Assembly: GCA_041476545.1 (NCBI GenBank)
Contig: JBGOTP010000001.1
Span: forward strand, 1 to 59,711
Direction of reading: 5' to 3'
Source: Vicinamibacteria bacterium
GTDB lineage: Bacteria > Acidobacteriota > Vicinamibacteria > Vicinamibacterales > CAVVIG01
Length of the DNA: 59,711 nt
This document shows positions 44,943 to 54,042 of the stretch, one piece after another. Below the pieces are notes generated by a model, which ran no database searches, had not been told where the DNA came from, and saw nothing but the letters and a program-made list of their open reading frames with translations. The position numbers were made by a program, and so were the translations under genes. Numbering within the stretch: the first letter of the stretch is position 1; every line of letters starts with the position of its first letter.

Positions 44943-45922
44943 ACAGCCGTTCGCTGCGGGTGGTCTTCTTCGGCACGCCGGCGTTCGCGGTGCCGGCGTT
45001 CGAGGCGCTGCGCACGTCCCGCCATACCGTTGTGGCGGTGGTGACGCAGCCCGACCGGCCGAGCGGCCGCGGTCAGAAAACGACGGACGCTCCGGTCAAG
45101 GCGCGGGCCGTCCTGGCGGGTCTTCCGATCCTGCAGCCGGCCAGTCTCAGGGATCCGGTCTTCATCTCATCGCTCGCCGCCTTCAACGCGGACCTTGGCG
45201 TCGTCGCTGCCTACGGCAAGATCTTGACGGAAGCCGTGCTGGCCCTCCCCCGCCTCGGCATGGTCAACGTGCATGCCTCACTGCTTCCCAAATATCGAGG
45301 CGCGGCGCCGGTGCATCGGTCCATCATCGCGGGAGAGCGCGAAACCGGCGTGACAATCATGCGTGTCGTCCGGGCACTCGACGCGGGACCAATGCTCGCT
45401 GCGACGCGTCGGCCCGTCGCGCCAGACGAAACAAGCGAGCAGGTGGAGCGGGATCTTGCACAGATGGGAGCTTCCCTTCTCGTGTCAACCATCGACGGAA
45501 TGACCGCAGGCACAGTCAACGAGATTCCGCAGGACGACGGCGCGGCGACCTATGCGGCTCGTCTGACGAAGACAGACGGGTTGATCGACTGGTCCGTCGG
45601 GGCGCGTCGCGTTCACGATCTGATTCGCGGCCTGCATCCGTGGCCACACGCGTACACGTTCACGAAGGGCCAGCGCCTCATCCTGTTGCGGGCGGCTGTT
45701 TCAGACACGCCGGCCCGCGACGCCGACGGGAACGCTGCGGGTCACCCCGCCGCGCCTGGAGCCATTCTCGCGGCCGCCGGTGACGATCTCCGGATCGCGT
45801 GCGGCGATGGAATCCTCCGGGTCCTGGAGCTGCAGGCTGAGGGGACGCGACCGATGACCGTCCGTGATTTCCTCGCCGGCCATCGCCTGATGCCTGGCGA
45901 CCGATTCACATCGACCCCATGA
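44936..45922 (+). CDS. fmt: Methionyl-tRNA formyltransferase
   Basis: ATG at 44936 overlaps the def stop. RVVFFGTPAFAVP, QPDRPSGRG, VNVHASLLPKYRGAAP. I reject the first 184 codons of track ORF 44384..45922 because they overlap def in another frame. Confidence 0.93.
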   Translation: MVDSRSLRVVFFGTPAFAVPAFEALRTSRHTVVAVVTQPDRPSGRGQKTTDAPVKARAVLAGLPILQPASLRDPVFISSLAAFNADLGVVAAYGKILTEAVLALPRLGMVNVHASLLPKYRGAAPVHRSIIAGERETGVTIMRVVRALDAGPMLAATRRPVAPDETSEQVERDLAQMGASLLVSTIDGMTAGTVNEIPQDDGAATYAARLTKTDGLIDWSVGARRVHDLIRGLHPWPHAYTFTKGQRLILLRAAVSDTPARDADGNAAGHPAAPGAILAAAGDDLRIACGDGILRVLELQAEGTRPMTVRDFLAGHRLMPGDRFTSTP

Positions 45923-47286
45923 TCGGTCCGGCGCGGATCGCCGCGTACGATATCCTCTCGGCGGTCTCAGCTGGACGGGCCGATCTGCCAACTGCGATCG
46001 ACCACGCGCGCGCATCCCTCACCGACAACCGCGACCGGGCACTCGCCAGCGAAATTGCGACCGGCGTTCAGCGGTGGCGCGCCGCGCTGGATCACCTCAT
46101 CGTGCAGTTCTCGAAGCGATCGCTCGATCGCCTGGACCCGGCCATCATCGAGATTCTGCGCATCGGCCTGTACCAGCTGCTGCATCTCACGAGAGTCCCG
46201 GCCCCGGCGATTGTCGATGATGCGGTCGACATGAGCCGGCGTGCGGGAAAGAGCAGCGCGAGCGGCTTCGTGAACGCGGTATTGCGAACGGCGGTCCGGA
46301 CGCGAAGGGCGGTGCCGCTTCCCAAACGGCCCGCGAATCCGGCGGATCGCGACGCCGCACTGGAGTACCTGAGCATCACGTTGTCGCATCCGCGATGGCT
46401 CGTGTCCCGCTGGTACGATCGTCTCGGCTTCGACGTCACCGAATCCTGGCTGCGTTTCAACAACGAACCGGCTCCGCTGACGCTTCGGACCAATCGTCTG
46501 CGTGCATCACGGGACGAGGTCCATGCGCGGCTGGAGACACTCGGCGTTCGTACCCGGCCCGGGCAGTTCGCGCCCGACGCGCTGATCGTCGAGGAAGGTC
46601 GTCCGACAGGAGAGGCCTTCGTCATTCAGGACGAAGCCTCGCAGCTCGTGACGCTGCTGGCTGGCGCCATGCCCGGGGCACTGGTACTCGACGCGTGCGC
46701 CTCACCTGGTGGCAAGGCCACGGCGCTCGCCGCGGCGATCTCGGCCGGCCCCCTTCGAACGAACTCACGCCCTGGCAGGCTTGTCGCCTGCGATGTTCGT
46801 GGACGACGTATGGACCTGCTTCGCCGCACAATCGCAGCGACCGGCGCGGAGAGGATCTGGCTCGTTCAGGCCGATCTGCTCGAACCGCTGCCCTTTCGTG
46901 TGCCGTTCGACTGCGCGATTGTTGATGCGCCCTGCTCCGGTCTGGGCACACTGCGTCGCGATCCGGACATCCGGTGGCGCCGGCACGAGTCCGACTTGGT
47001 CGCGCTTGGCGACGCGCAATTGAGGATGCTTCGCCACGCCGCCGGTGTGATCGCACCGGGCGGACGCCTCGTCTATGCCACTTGCTCGACCGAGCCCGAA
47101 GAGAACGAGCACATCGCCGAACAGTTCCTCCGGTTGTCGCCAGACTTTGTCGCGCTCGACGCCAGGCACGCACATCCGCTGCTACCCGCGTCGGTCGTCG
47201 ACCATCGCGGCCATCTGCGCACGACCCCGGACCGTCATGGGCTCGAAGGGTTCTTCGGGGCAGTATTCCGGAAGAATGACTTGTAG
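45919..47286 (+). CDS. rsmB: 16S rRNA (cytosine967-C5)-methyltransferase
   Basis: N-terminal NusB-like domain. DACASPGGK, DAPCSGLGTLRRDPD, TCS. ATGA overlap with fmt. Confidence 0.88.
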   Translation: MIGPARIAAYDILSAVSAGRADLPTAIDHARASLTDNRDRALASEIATGVQRWRAALDHLIVQFSKRSLDRLDPAIIEILRIGLYQLLHLTRVPAPAIVDDAVDMSRRAGKSSASGFVNAVLRTAVRTRRAVPLPKRPANPADRDAALEYLSITLSHPRWLVSRWYDRLGFDVTESWLRFNNEPAPLTLRTNRLRASRDEVHARLETLGVRTRPGQFAPDALIVEEGRPTGEAFVIQDEASQLVTLLAGAMPGALVLDACASPGGKATALAAAISAGPLRTNSRPGRLVACDVRGRRMDLLRRTIAATGAERIWLVQADLLEPLPFRVPFDCAIVDAPCSGLGTLRRDPDIRWRRHESDLVALGDAQLRMLRHAAGVIAPGGRLVYATCSTEPEENEHIAEQFLRLSPDFVALDARHAHPLLPASVVDHRGHLRTTPDRHGLEGFFGAVFRKNDL

Positions 47287-47303
47287 TACGATCTTCCCGC
47301 CCA

Positions 47304-48026
47304 ATGGCCTTGAGAACGCGCGTCTGGAGTGCGGGCAAGGTGCTCGTGCTGGCCGGAGCTCTGATTGTCACGTATCTCGTGTTCGGCGCTGCAGCGATGC
47401 GTGTCGCCCTGATGGCGCGCGAGGTGCAGGTTCCCGATTTCACAAATCGCACGGCGAACGAGGCCACGGCGCTTGCCAACGATCTCGGCCTGGCGATTAA
47501 GGTAGACGACAATCTTCGCCTGGATCCCAAGATACTGGCGGGGCGCGTGCTCGCCCAGGAACCCGCGGCTGGAACCGCGACGCGACGACAGCGAAGCGTC
47601 AAGGTCTGGTTGAGTTCAGGACCGCGCGCCACGAAGGTGCCGGCACTGACGGGCGAGACTGAGCGAACCGCGCAGCTGCGCCTGTCGCAGGACGGTCTCA
47701 TCGTCGCGAGCGTGTCGGAAATCCGGTCGCCGGCCTACCCGCTCGATGTCGTGGTCGCCCAGGATCCCGCGGCGAATGTGGCCGCTGCGCAGGTGTCGCT
47801 GCTCGTCAACCGCGCCGAGTCGGGGGGCACGTTCGTGATGCCCGACTTGATCGGCGTCAGCGCCGACCGCGCCGCCACGATTCTTCGCAACCACGGGTTT
47901 CGCGCGGCCATTGTCGGGTCGACTCCCTATCCGGGCGTCGGTCCCGGAGTCATCCTGCGTCAGAGCCCGCAAGCCGGATTTCAAATTGCGCCGGGCGAAC
48001 CCATCTCTATTGAGGTCAGTCGTTGA
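47304..48026 (+). CDS. PASTA-domain membrane protein
   Basis: One TM segment, then three PASTA-like repeats (VPDFTNRTANEA, VPALTGETERTA, MPDLIGVSADRA). Confidence 0.8.
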   Translation: MALRTRVWSAGKVLVLAGALIVTYLVFGAAAMRVALMAREVQVPDFTNRTANEATALANDLGLAIKVDDNLRLDPKILAGRVLAQEPAAGTATRRQRSVKVWLSSGPRATKVPALTGETERTAQLRLSQDGLIVASVSEIRSPAYPLDVVVAQDPAANVAAAQVSLLVNRAESGGTFVMPDLIGVSADRAATILRNHGFRAAIVGSTPYPGVGPGVILRQSPQAGFQIAPGEPISIEVSR

Positions 48027-48709
48027 GCGTACGGATTGCGCCGTCGATTCTATCGGCCGACTTTGCCAGACTGGGCGAAGCCGTCGCCGCGGTTGAGCGT
48101 GGCGGAGCCGACCTGCTTCACGTCGATGTGATGGACGGCCACTTCGTCCCGAACATCACCATCGGTCCCGTGGTGGTTCGGTCGCTCAAGCGGGTGGCCA
48201 GGATTCCGCTCGACGTGCACCTCATGATCACCGATCCCGATCGATACATCGAGGCGTTTGCCGAAGCGGGCGCTTCCATGATCTCGGTGCACGTGGAAGT
48301 GCTTCCCCACCTGCACCGTACGGTTCAGGCCATCAAAGCTCTCAACGTGCGGGCTGGGGTCGTCCTGAATCCGTCGACGCCTGTCATCGCGCTCGAACAG
48401 ATCGCCGGCGACGTGGATTTCGTGCTCCTGATGTCGGTCAACCCCGGATTCGGCGGTCAGACTTTCATTCCGCGATCCGAGTCTAAGGTCCGGGAGGTGC
48501 GGGACATGCTCAACCGGAGCGGGAACGTCGCGGCGGCGATCGAAATCGACGGCGGTGTCGACCTGCAAACCGTGGGTCGTGTCGTCGCGGCAGGCGCGCG
48601 AATTCTCGTCGCCGGTTCCGCGATATTCAATTCTCCGGATCCTGAACGCGCCACGCGCGAGCTGAAGGCCGCCGCCCAGGCAGCGGCGCCTCCGGCTGCC
48701 GCCCATTGA
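48023..48709 (+). CDS. rpe: Ribulose-phosphate 3-epimerase
   Basis: TTG start (TTGA overlap). IAPSILSADFA.L, HVDVMDGHFVPN, MSVNPGFGGQ.F. Confidence 0.93.
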   Translation: MSVRIAPSILSADFARLGEAVAAVERGGADLLHVDVMDGHFVPNITIGPVVVRSLKRVARIPLDVHLMITDPDRYIEAFAEAGASMISVHVEVLPHLHRTVQAIKALNVRAGVVLNPSTPVIALEQIAGDVDFVLLMSVNPGFGGQTFIPRSESKVREVRDMLNRSGNVAAAIEIDGGVDLQTVGRVVAAGARILVAGSAIFNSPDPERATRELKAAAQAAAPPAAAH

Positions 48710-49128
48710 GCGCCGCCGCATCGGTATCACGTGTGCGCGTGCGCTATGCCGAAACGGACCAGATGGGTGTCGTGTACTACGCGAACTACCTCGTCTGGTT
48801 CGAGGTCGGACGTACCGATCTGCTGCGCGAAGCAGGCTGGACGTATCGGTCGATGGAAGCCGACGGGTTCTCTCTCCCGGTGACCGAGGCCCATTGCGCC
48901 TACTGTCAATCCGCGCGCTATGACGACGACCTCGAGATCAGGACGACCGGAACGCTCGTCTCACCGGTGCGGGTGCGGTTCGAGTACGAGGTGGTGCGCG
49001 CCGGAGATGGCACCGTGCTGGCGCAGGGGCACACCGTGCATGCAACGCTCGACCGCGGTGGCCGTCCCTGTCGCCTTCCCGAACGCGTGCGGGCAATCCT
49101 CAATCGGACCCGTCCCGGCACGCCGTAG
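48706..49128 (+). CDS. ybgC: Acyl-CoA thioesterase, YbgC/4HBT family
   Basis: VRVRYAETDQMGVVYYANYLVWFEVGR hot-dog thioesterase signature. TTGA overlap with rpe. Confidence 0.85.
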   Translation: MSAAASVSRVRVRYAETDQMGVVYYANYLVWFEVGRTDLLREAGWTYRSMEADGFSLPVTEAHCAYCQSARYDDDLEIRTTGTLVSPVRVRFEYEVVRAGDGTVLAQGHTVHATLDRGGRPCRLPERVRAILNRTRPGTP

Positions 49129-49208
49129 CGCGCACATGGGCGACACGGGGGGGGCGCATGGAGACGACAGCGCGGGAAACCGCGGCGACGTATACAATAT
49201 TTGGAGAC

Positions 49209-50024
49209 ATGGCTCGAATCGCCCTTCGGCGCATCTCGTTGATGGCCTCGACCCTCGCACTGGCGTGCGCCGTTGGCTGCGCGAATTCCGGATCCGGACG
49301 CGTCGTGCCGGTCGGCACACCGCAACCGGATCAGTTCCTGTTCGAAAAAGGGATGGAGGCGCTCGCCAAGAACAAGTGGCTGACGGCGCGGGAGTACTTC
49401 AAACAGGTCAACGAAACCTATGTGCAAAGCCCCCTGCGTCCCGACGCCAAGCTTGGCGTCGGCGACACGTATCTGGGAGAGGGCGGCTCGGCGTCGCTCG
49501 TGCTCGCCATCAACGAGTTTCGAGAGTTTCTCACCTTCTATCCTCTCAACCGTCGTGCCGACTACGCGCAGTACAAGCTCGGGTACGCGCACTTCCGCCA
49601 GATGCGGGGGGCGCCGCGGGATCAGACCGAAACCAGAGCAGCCATCAAGGAATTCGACGCATTCGTCGTGAAGTATCCAAACAGTGCGTATCTCGCTGAA
49701 GTGAGAGAGAAGCTCCGCGAGGCCAAGGATCGCATCGCGGAGGCGGAATTCCGGGTCGGTCGCTTCTATTACCAGCAGGCGAAGTTCTATCCGGCGGCGA
49801 TCGCCCGCTTCAACGCGATTCTCAAAGATGATCCGGAATTCACGGGCCGAGACAGCGTCTATTTCTATCTCGGCGAGGCTCTGCTGAAGGTGAAGCTGGA
49901 CGCCCAGGCGCTCCCCTACTACGAAAAGATCGTCAAGGAATTCGGCAAGAGCGAGTACCTCGACGAGAGCCGCAAGCGGATCGCCGAGCTGAAGGCGCAG
50001 GCCGAAGCGAGATCGCGATCATGA
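49209..50024 (+). CDS. bamD: Outer membrane protein assembly factor BamD
   Basis: Starts at the internal MARIALRR.. with lipobox LACAVGC. TPR-like: FEKGMEALAKNKWLTAREYF...YPNSAYLAEV...RIAEAEFRVGRFYY. Confidence 0.85.
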   Translation: MARIALRRISLMASTLALACAVGCANSGSGRVVPVGTPQPDQFLFEKGMEALAKNKWLTAREYFKQVNETYVQSPLRPDAKLGVGDTYLGEGGSASLVLAINEFREFLTFYPLNRRADYAQYKLGYAHFRQMRGAPRDQTETRAAIKEFDAFVVKYPNSAYLAEVREKLREAKDRIAEAEFRVGRFYYQQAKFYPAAIARFNAILKDDPEFTGRDSVYFYLGEALLKVKLDAQALPYYEKIVKEFGKSEYLDESRKRIAELKAQAEARSRS

Positions 50025-50615
50025 CACGCGCGACGAGCCGACCTTACGATCGTCCATCGCGATCGGCAGGCGCGCGAAATTGAACCGCCTGAAGTAGTCG
50101 GCGGCCGAGACGAGCGCGGTCACCACGGCCACCCAGAGCGCGACCTGTCCAATCACGACAAAGCCCCGCAGGTGCTCCTTGCCGAGGATGAGCGCCAGAA
50201 TCGCCACAATCTGCGCCACCATTTTGATTTTGCCGAGGAGCGACGCCGGCATCGCCACACCACGTGTGTAGAGGAAGCTTCGGAGTGCGGTCACCGCGAA
50301 GTCCCGGCCGAGAACAATCGCGACCATCCAGGCCGACGCGAGTCCCATCTGCACCAGCGAGATGAACGCCGCTACCGTCAACAGCTTGTCCGCCAGCGGA
50401 TCGATGAACTGACCGAATGCCGTCACCTGCTGCCGCCGACGGGCAAAGTATCCGTCGAGCCAATCCGTCAGCGACGCGACACCGAAGATCGCCGCGCCGA
50501 CGAGCTCCTTCGGCACGCCAAAGATCATCCGTCCTTCGAACGTCGTGAGCAGCACGACGACGAGCAGGGGGACCAGGAAGATGCGCGTGACCGTAAGTGA
50601 ATTCGGCAGGTTCAT
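50019..50615 (-). CDS. pgsA: CDP-diacylglycerol--glycerol-3-phosphate 3-phosphatidyltransferase
   Basis: NLPNSLTVTRI, DWLDGYFARR....T.FG.F.DPLADK (CDP-alcohol phosphatidyltransferase motif). Confidence 0.9.
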   Translation of the reverse strand: MNLPNSLTVTRIFLVPLLVVVLLTTFEGRMIFGVPKELVGAAIFGVASLTDWLDGYFARRRQQVTAFGQFIDPLADKLLTVAAFISLVQMGLASAWMVAIVLGRDFAVTALRSFLYTRGVAMPASLLGKIKMVAQIVAILALILGKEHLRGFVVIGQVALWVAVVTALVSAADYFRRFNFARLPIAMDDRKVGSSRVS

Positions 50616-50648
50616 GCGCGTAGGCCCATGATATCATCGGTGGTTGCG

Positions 50649-51734
50649 ATGAAGGCGATTCTGCTTGCGGGGGGCAAGGGCACGCGACTCCGTCCGCTCA
50701 CCATTCACACACCGAAACCGATCGTGCCGATTTTCGATCGGCCGTTCCTCCACTATCAGCTCGACCTGCTGAAACAAGTGCCCGAGATCGACGAGGTGAT
50801 CCTCAGCCTGAACTATCAGCCGAGGCGGATCGAGGAGATTTTCGGCGATGGGAGCAACAGCGGCCTGAGCATTCGCTATGTCGTCGAACCGGCGCCGCTC
50901 GGCACCGGCGGCGCCATTCGCTACGCCGGCGAGAAGGTGCGCGAATCGGTCGTGGTCTTCAACGGCGATGTGCTGACCGAGATCGATCTGGCAGCAGTCA
51001 TCGCGCTCCACCGCGAACGCCACGCCAAGGCCACCATCGTCCTGACTCCGGTCGACAATCCGAGCGCGTACGGCCTGGTGGAAACCGATGCCCAGGGCAA
51101 CATTCAGCGATTTCTGGAGAAACCCAAGCCCGACGAGATCACGTGCGACACCATCAACGCCGGTATCTACGTGCTCGAACCCGAAACCTTCGATCGCATT
51201 CCCAAAGATACGCCATGGTCGATCGAGCGAAGCTTCTTCCCGTCGCTCGTCGAACAGCACGAAACGTTCATCGCATACGTCTATCGCGGGTATTGGATCG
51301 ACATCGGCACGACGGAGAAATACACGCAAGTCCATCACGACATCATGGACGGGCGCTTTCGGACATCTCTCTTCGGTGACGGCACGAAGACGGTCGTCTC
51401 GCCGCTGGCGCGCCTCGACGAGGGCGTCACGCTCGACGGCCCGTGCTTCATCGATGAGGGCGTGGTCGTGAAGACCGGCGCCCGTATCGGCGCCTACAGC
51501 GTCATCGGCCGCCAGTGCCACATCGAGGAGCACGCCACGGTCGAACGGTCGATTGTCTGGGCCAACACCCGAATCAGTCAGGAAGCGATCGTTCGCCGGT
51601 CCATCCTCGGACGACATTGTCATGTCGGGCGCAATGCGATCGTGGACGGCAGCCGGGGTGGCCCGGACGCGGACGGCGCGGCCGACATCGTCCTGGGGGA
51701 CAAGTCCGTGGTCACCGATTACAGTCGGATCTGA
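50649..51734 (+). CDS. Mannose-1-phosphate guanylyltransferase-type NDP-sugar pyrophosphorylase with LbH C-terminal domain
   Basis: MKAILLAGGKGTRLRPLT...PKP. C-terminal hexapeptide repeats. Confidence 0.85.
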   Translation: MKAILLAGGKGTRLRPLTIHTPKPIVPIFDRPFLHYQLDLLKQVPEIDEVILSLNYQPRRIEEIFGDGSNSGLSIRYVVEPAPLGTGGAIRYAGEKVRESVVVFNGDVLTEIDLAAVIALHRERHAKATIVLTPVDNPSAYGLVETDAQGNIQRFLEKPKPDEITCDTINAGIYVLEPETFDRIPKDTPWSIERSFFPSLVEQHETFIAYVYRGYWIDIGTTEKYTQVHHDIMDGRFRTSLFGDGTKTVVSPLARLDEGVTLDGPCFIDEGVVVKTGARIGAYSVIGRQCHIEEHATVERSIVWANTRISQEAIVRRSILGRHCHVGRNAIVDGSRGGPDADGAADIVLGDKSVVTDYSRI

Positions 51735-51735
51735 G

Positions 51736-53085
51736 ATGAATCCAGCGATTTTCAAAGCGTACGACGTTCGCGGAACCTATCCCGACGAGATCGACGAGGA
51801 GACGGCGCGCCACATCGGCGCGGCGTTCGTGACGTATCTGAAAGCCAAACGGATCGCCCTCGGACGCGACATGCGTCTCTCCTCCCCCGCACTCGCCGCG
51901 GCGTTCATCGAGGGCGCCACATCGCAGGGCGCCGACGTCGCTGACTACGGCATGATTCCGACCGACATGCTGTACTTCGCCGTCGCAACGGATGCCCATG
52001 ACGGCGGCGTGGAGATCACCGCCTCGCACAATCCGAAGCAGTACAACGGCATGAAGATGGTGCGCCAGGGGGCGTTTCCCCTGAGCGGCGATGCCGGCAT
52101 CTCCGACATCCGCGACATGATTGCCGGCCATCGGCTGCCGCCACCGGCCGCGCGACCGGGACAGGTGACGACCAGACACGCGCTCGATGCCTACATTGCG
52201 CACGTCATGTCGTTCATCGATCCAGCCCTCGTGCATCCCTTCAAGGTGGTGCTCGACGCGGGGAGCGGCATGGGCGGCCTCGTCGCGCCGAAACTCTTCG
52301 ACCGTCTGCCGTGTCACACCTCGCGCCTCTGCTTCGAGATCGACGGACGTTTCCCACACCACGAGGCCAATCCCCTCATCGAGGAGAATCGCCGCGACAT
52401 CGTCGAACGCGTCGTCGCGGATGGCGCGGACATCGGCATTGCGTGGGATGGCGACGCGGATCGCTGCTTCTTCATCGATGGCACGGGCGAATTCGTGCCG
52501 GGAGATTTCATCACGGCGCTCCTGGCGGAGGCGTTTCTCCTGCGCGATCCTGGCGCCACGATCATTTATGATCTCCGGGCGAGCTACGCGGTCAAGGATG
52601 TCGTGGCCGCGCACGGCGGCACGTCGCTGATGAACCGGGTCGGTCACGCGTTCTTCAAGAAGCGGATGCGCGACACCAACGCCGTGTTCGGCGGAGAGGT
52701 CACCGGACACTACTACTTCCGCGACAACTTCTATGCCGACAACGGCTTCATCCCGGCGCTGCTCATTCTCGAGTTGATGTCGAAGAAGAAGCAGAGCCTG
52801 CACCAGCTGCTCGAGCCGCTGCGACGCCGCTATTTCATTTCCGGCGAGATCAACACCAAACTGCCGGCGATGGATGCCGTGTCGGCGACACTCGACGCGA
52901 TCGCGCGCCGGTACAAGGATGCGCGGCAATACTCGCTCGACGGCCTTTCCGTCGAGTATCAGGACTGGCACTTCAACGTACGCGCGTCGAATACGGAACC
53001 GCTGGTGCGGTTGAATCTGGAAGCCACCACGCCGGAGGCTATGGCGGCAAGGCGGGATGAGGTGCTGGCGCTGATTCGAGCGTGA
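51736..53085 (+). CDS. Phosphomannomutase/phosphoglucomutase
   Basis: Starts at the internal MNPAIFKAYDVRG, 1 nt after the upstream stop. TASHNP, DGDADR, GGE.TGH. Confidence 0.92.
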   Translation: MNPAIFKAYDVRGTYPDEIDEETARHIGAAFVTYLKAKRIALGRDMRLSSPALAAAFIEGATSQGADVADYGMIPTDMLYFAVATDAHDGGVEITASHNPKQYNGMKMVRQGAFPLSGDAGISDIRDMIAGHRLPPPAARPGQVTTRHALDAYIAHVMSFIDPALVHPFKVVLDAGSGMGGLVAPKLFDRLPCHTSRLCFEIDGRFPHHEANPLIEENRRDIVERVVADGADIGIAWDGDADRCFFIDGTGEFVPGDFITALLAEAFLLRDPGATIIYDLRASYAVKDVVAAHGGTSLMNRVGHAFFKKRMRDTNAVFGGEVTGHYYFRDNFYADNGFIPALLILELMSKKKQSLHQLLEPLRRRYFISGEINTKLPAMDAVSATLDAIARRYKDARQYSLDGLSVEYQDWHFNVRASNTEPLVRLNLEATTPEAMAARRDEVLALIRA

Positions 53086-53100
53086 TAAACTTTTGGAGAC

Positions 53101-53174
53101 GCGGGCTTAGCATAGTGGTAATGCTCTGGCTTCCCAAGCCAGTTAGACGGGTCCGATTCCCGTAGCCCGCTCCA
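53101..53174 (+). tRNA. tRNA-Gly (anticodon CCC), CCA-encoded, with unusual C at T-loop position 55
   Basis: Manual cloverleaf: acceptor GCGGGCT/AGCCCGC, D arm GCAT/ATGC, anticodon arm CTGGC-TTCCCAA-GCCAG, T arm ACGGG-TCCGATT-CCCGT, discriminator U, CCA. Confidence 0.85.
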
Positions 53175-53260
53175 GCCTTCGCTCGCTGCGCGAGCTTCGG
53201 CTGGGCAGGCCAGCCTTGCGTTTCCACTGCGCGAGCTTCGGCTGGGCACGCCAGCCTTGG
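53172..53260. repeat. Tandem ~38-41-bp repeat beginning on the tRNA-Gly CCA end
   Basis: Units at 53172-53209 and 53210-53250, partial unit at 53251-53260. Shared core CCAGCCTT...CTGCGCGAGCTTCGGCTGGGCA. Confidence 0.8.
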
Positions 53261-53284
53261 GTCTGAACCTCTAACCTCCGACCG

Positions 53285-53998
53285 CTAACCTCTCGGATTG
53301 AAGCGATACCCCACCCACGGCTCGGTGACCAGATAACGGGGATTCGCCGGATCCGGCTCCAGTTTCTTCCGCAGCTGGCCCATGAACACGCGGAGGTATT
53401 CGGGCTGTTCCTGCGACGCCTCACCCCACACGGCTTCGAGCAGCGCCGCATGTGCAATGACGCGATTGGGCCGCCGCGCCATGTAGACGAACAGATCGAA
53501 CTCTTTCGGCGTGAGCCGGATTTCCCGGCCGTGCGCGATCACCCGTCGCGTGTCGAGATCGATCTTGAAATCCCCCGCCTCGAACGACGCGGGCTCCTGC
53601 GCCGTCGTGCCAGGGCCGCGTCGAAGCGCCGCGCGCACGCGCGCCATCAGCTCGTCAATCCCGAACGGCTTGGTGACGTAGTCGTCGGCACCCGAGTCGA
53701 GCGCCTCGACCTTGGACCGTTCCTCGCCCTTGACCGACAGCACGATAATCGGCACAGTCGAGAGAGCCCGGATGCGGCGGCACAACTCAATGCCGTTCAT
53801 GTGCGGCATGTACAAGTCGGTGATCACCAGTTCCGGATTCCATTCCTTGAAGTCCGCCAGCGCGGCTTCGCCCTCGGCGGCCGTGTGCACCTGGTAGCCC
53901 TGGCTCGTCAGAACCGTGCGCAGCACGCGAGTGATCTGCGATTCGTCGTCGACGACGAGCACACGGGACTTCTCGACGGCGATGGGTTGAGCCTGCAT
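53285..53998 (-). CDS. OmpR-family response regulator (KdpE-like)
   Basis: VLVVDDE, ITDLYMPHMNG, SGADDYVTKPF. Winged-helix C-terminus (GYRF). Confidence 0.88.
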   Translation of the reverse strand: MQAQPIAVEKSRVLVVDDESQITRVLRTVLTSQGYQVHTAAEGEAALADFKEWNPELVITDLYMPHMNGIELCRRIRALSTVPIIVLSVKGEERSKVEALDSGADDYVTKPFGIDELMARVRAALRRGPGTTAQEPASFEAGDFKIDLDTRRVIAHGREIRLTPKEFDLFVYMARRPNRVIAHAALLEAVWGEASQEQPEYLRVFMGQLRKKLEPDPANPRYLVTEPWVGYRFNPRG

Positions 53999-54042
53999 GG
54001 GGTTCTCCCTCCCTCGGCGGACCTGATCAGGTACGCCCTGCG

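Noticed and set aside
46622-47701. 359-aa minus-strand ORF.
   Set aside because: Antisense to rsmB and the PASTA protein. Arg/Ser/Ala-rich shadow frame.
50634-52971. Minus-strand ORFs 50634..51755 (373 aa) and 51712..52971 (419 aa).
   Set aside because: Antisense to the NDP-sugar pyrophosphorylase and phosphomannomutase genes, which carry canonical motifs.
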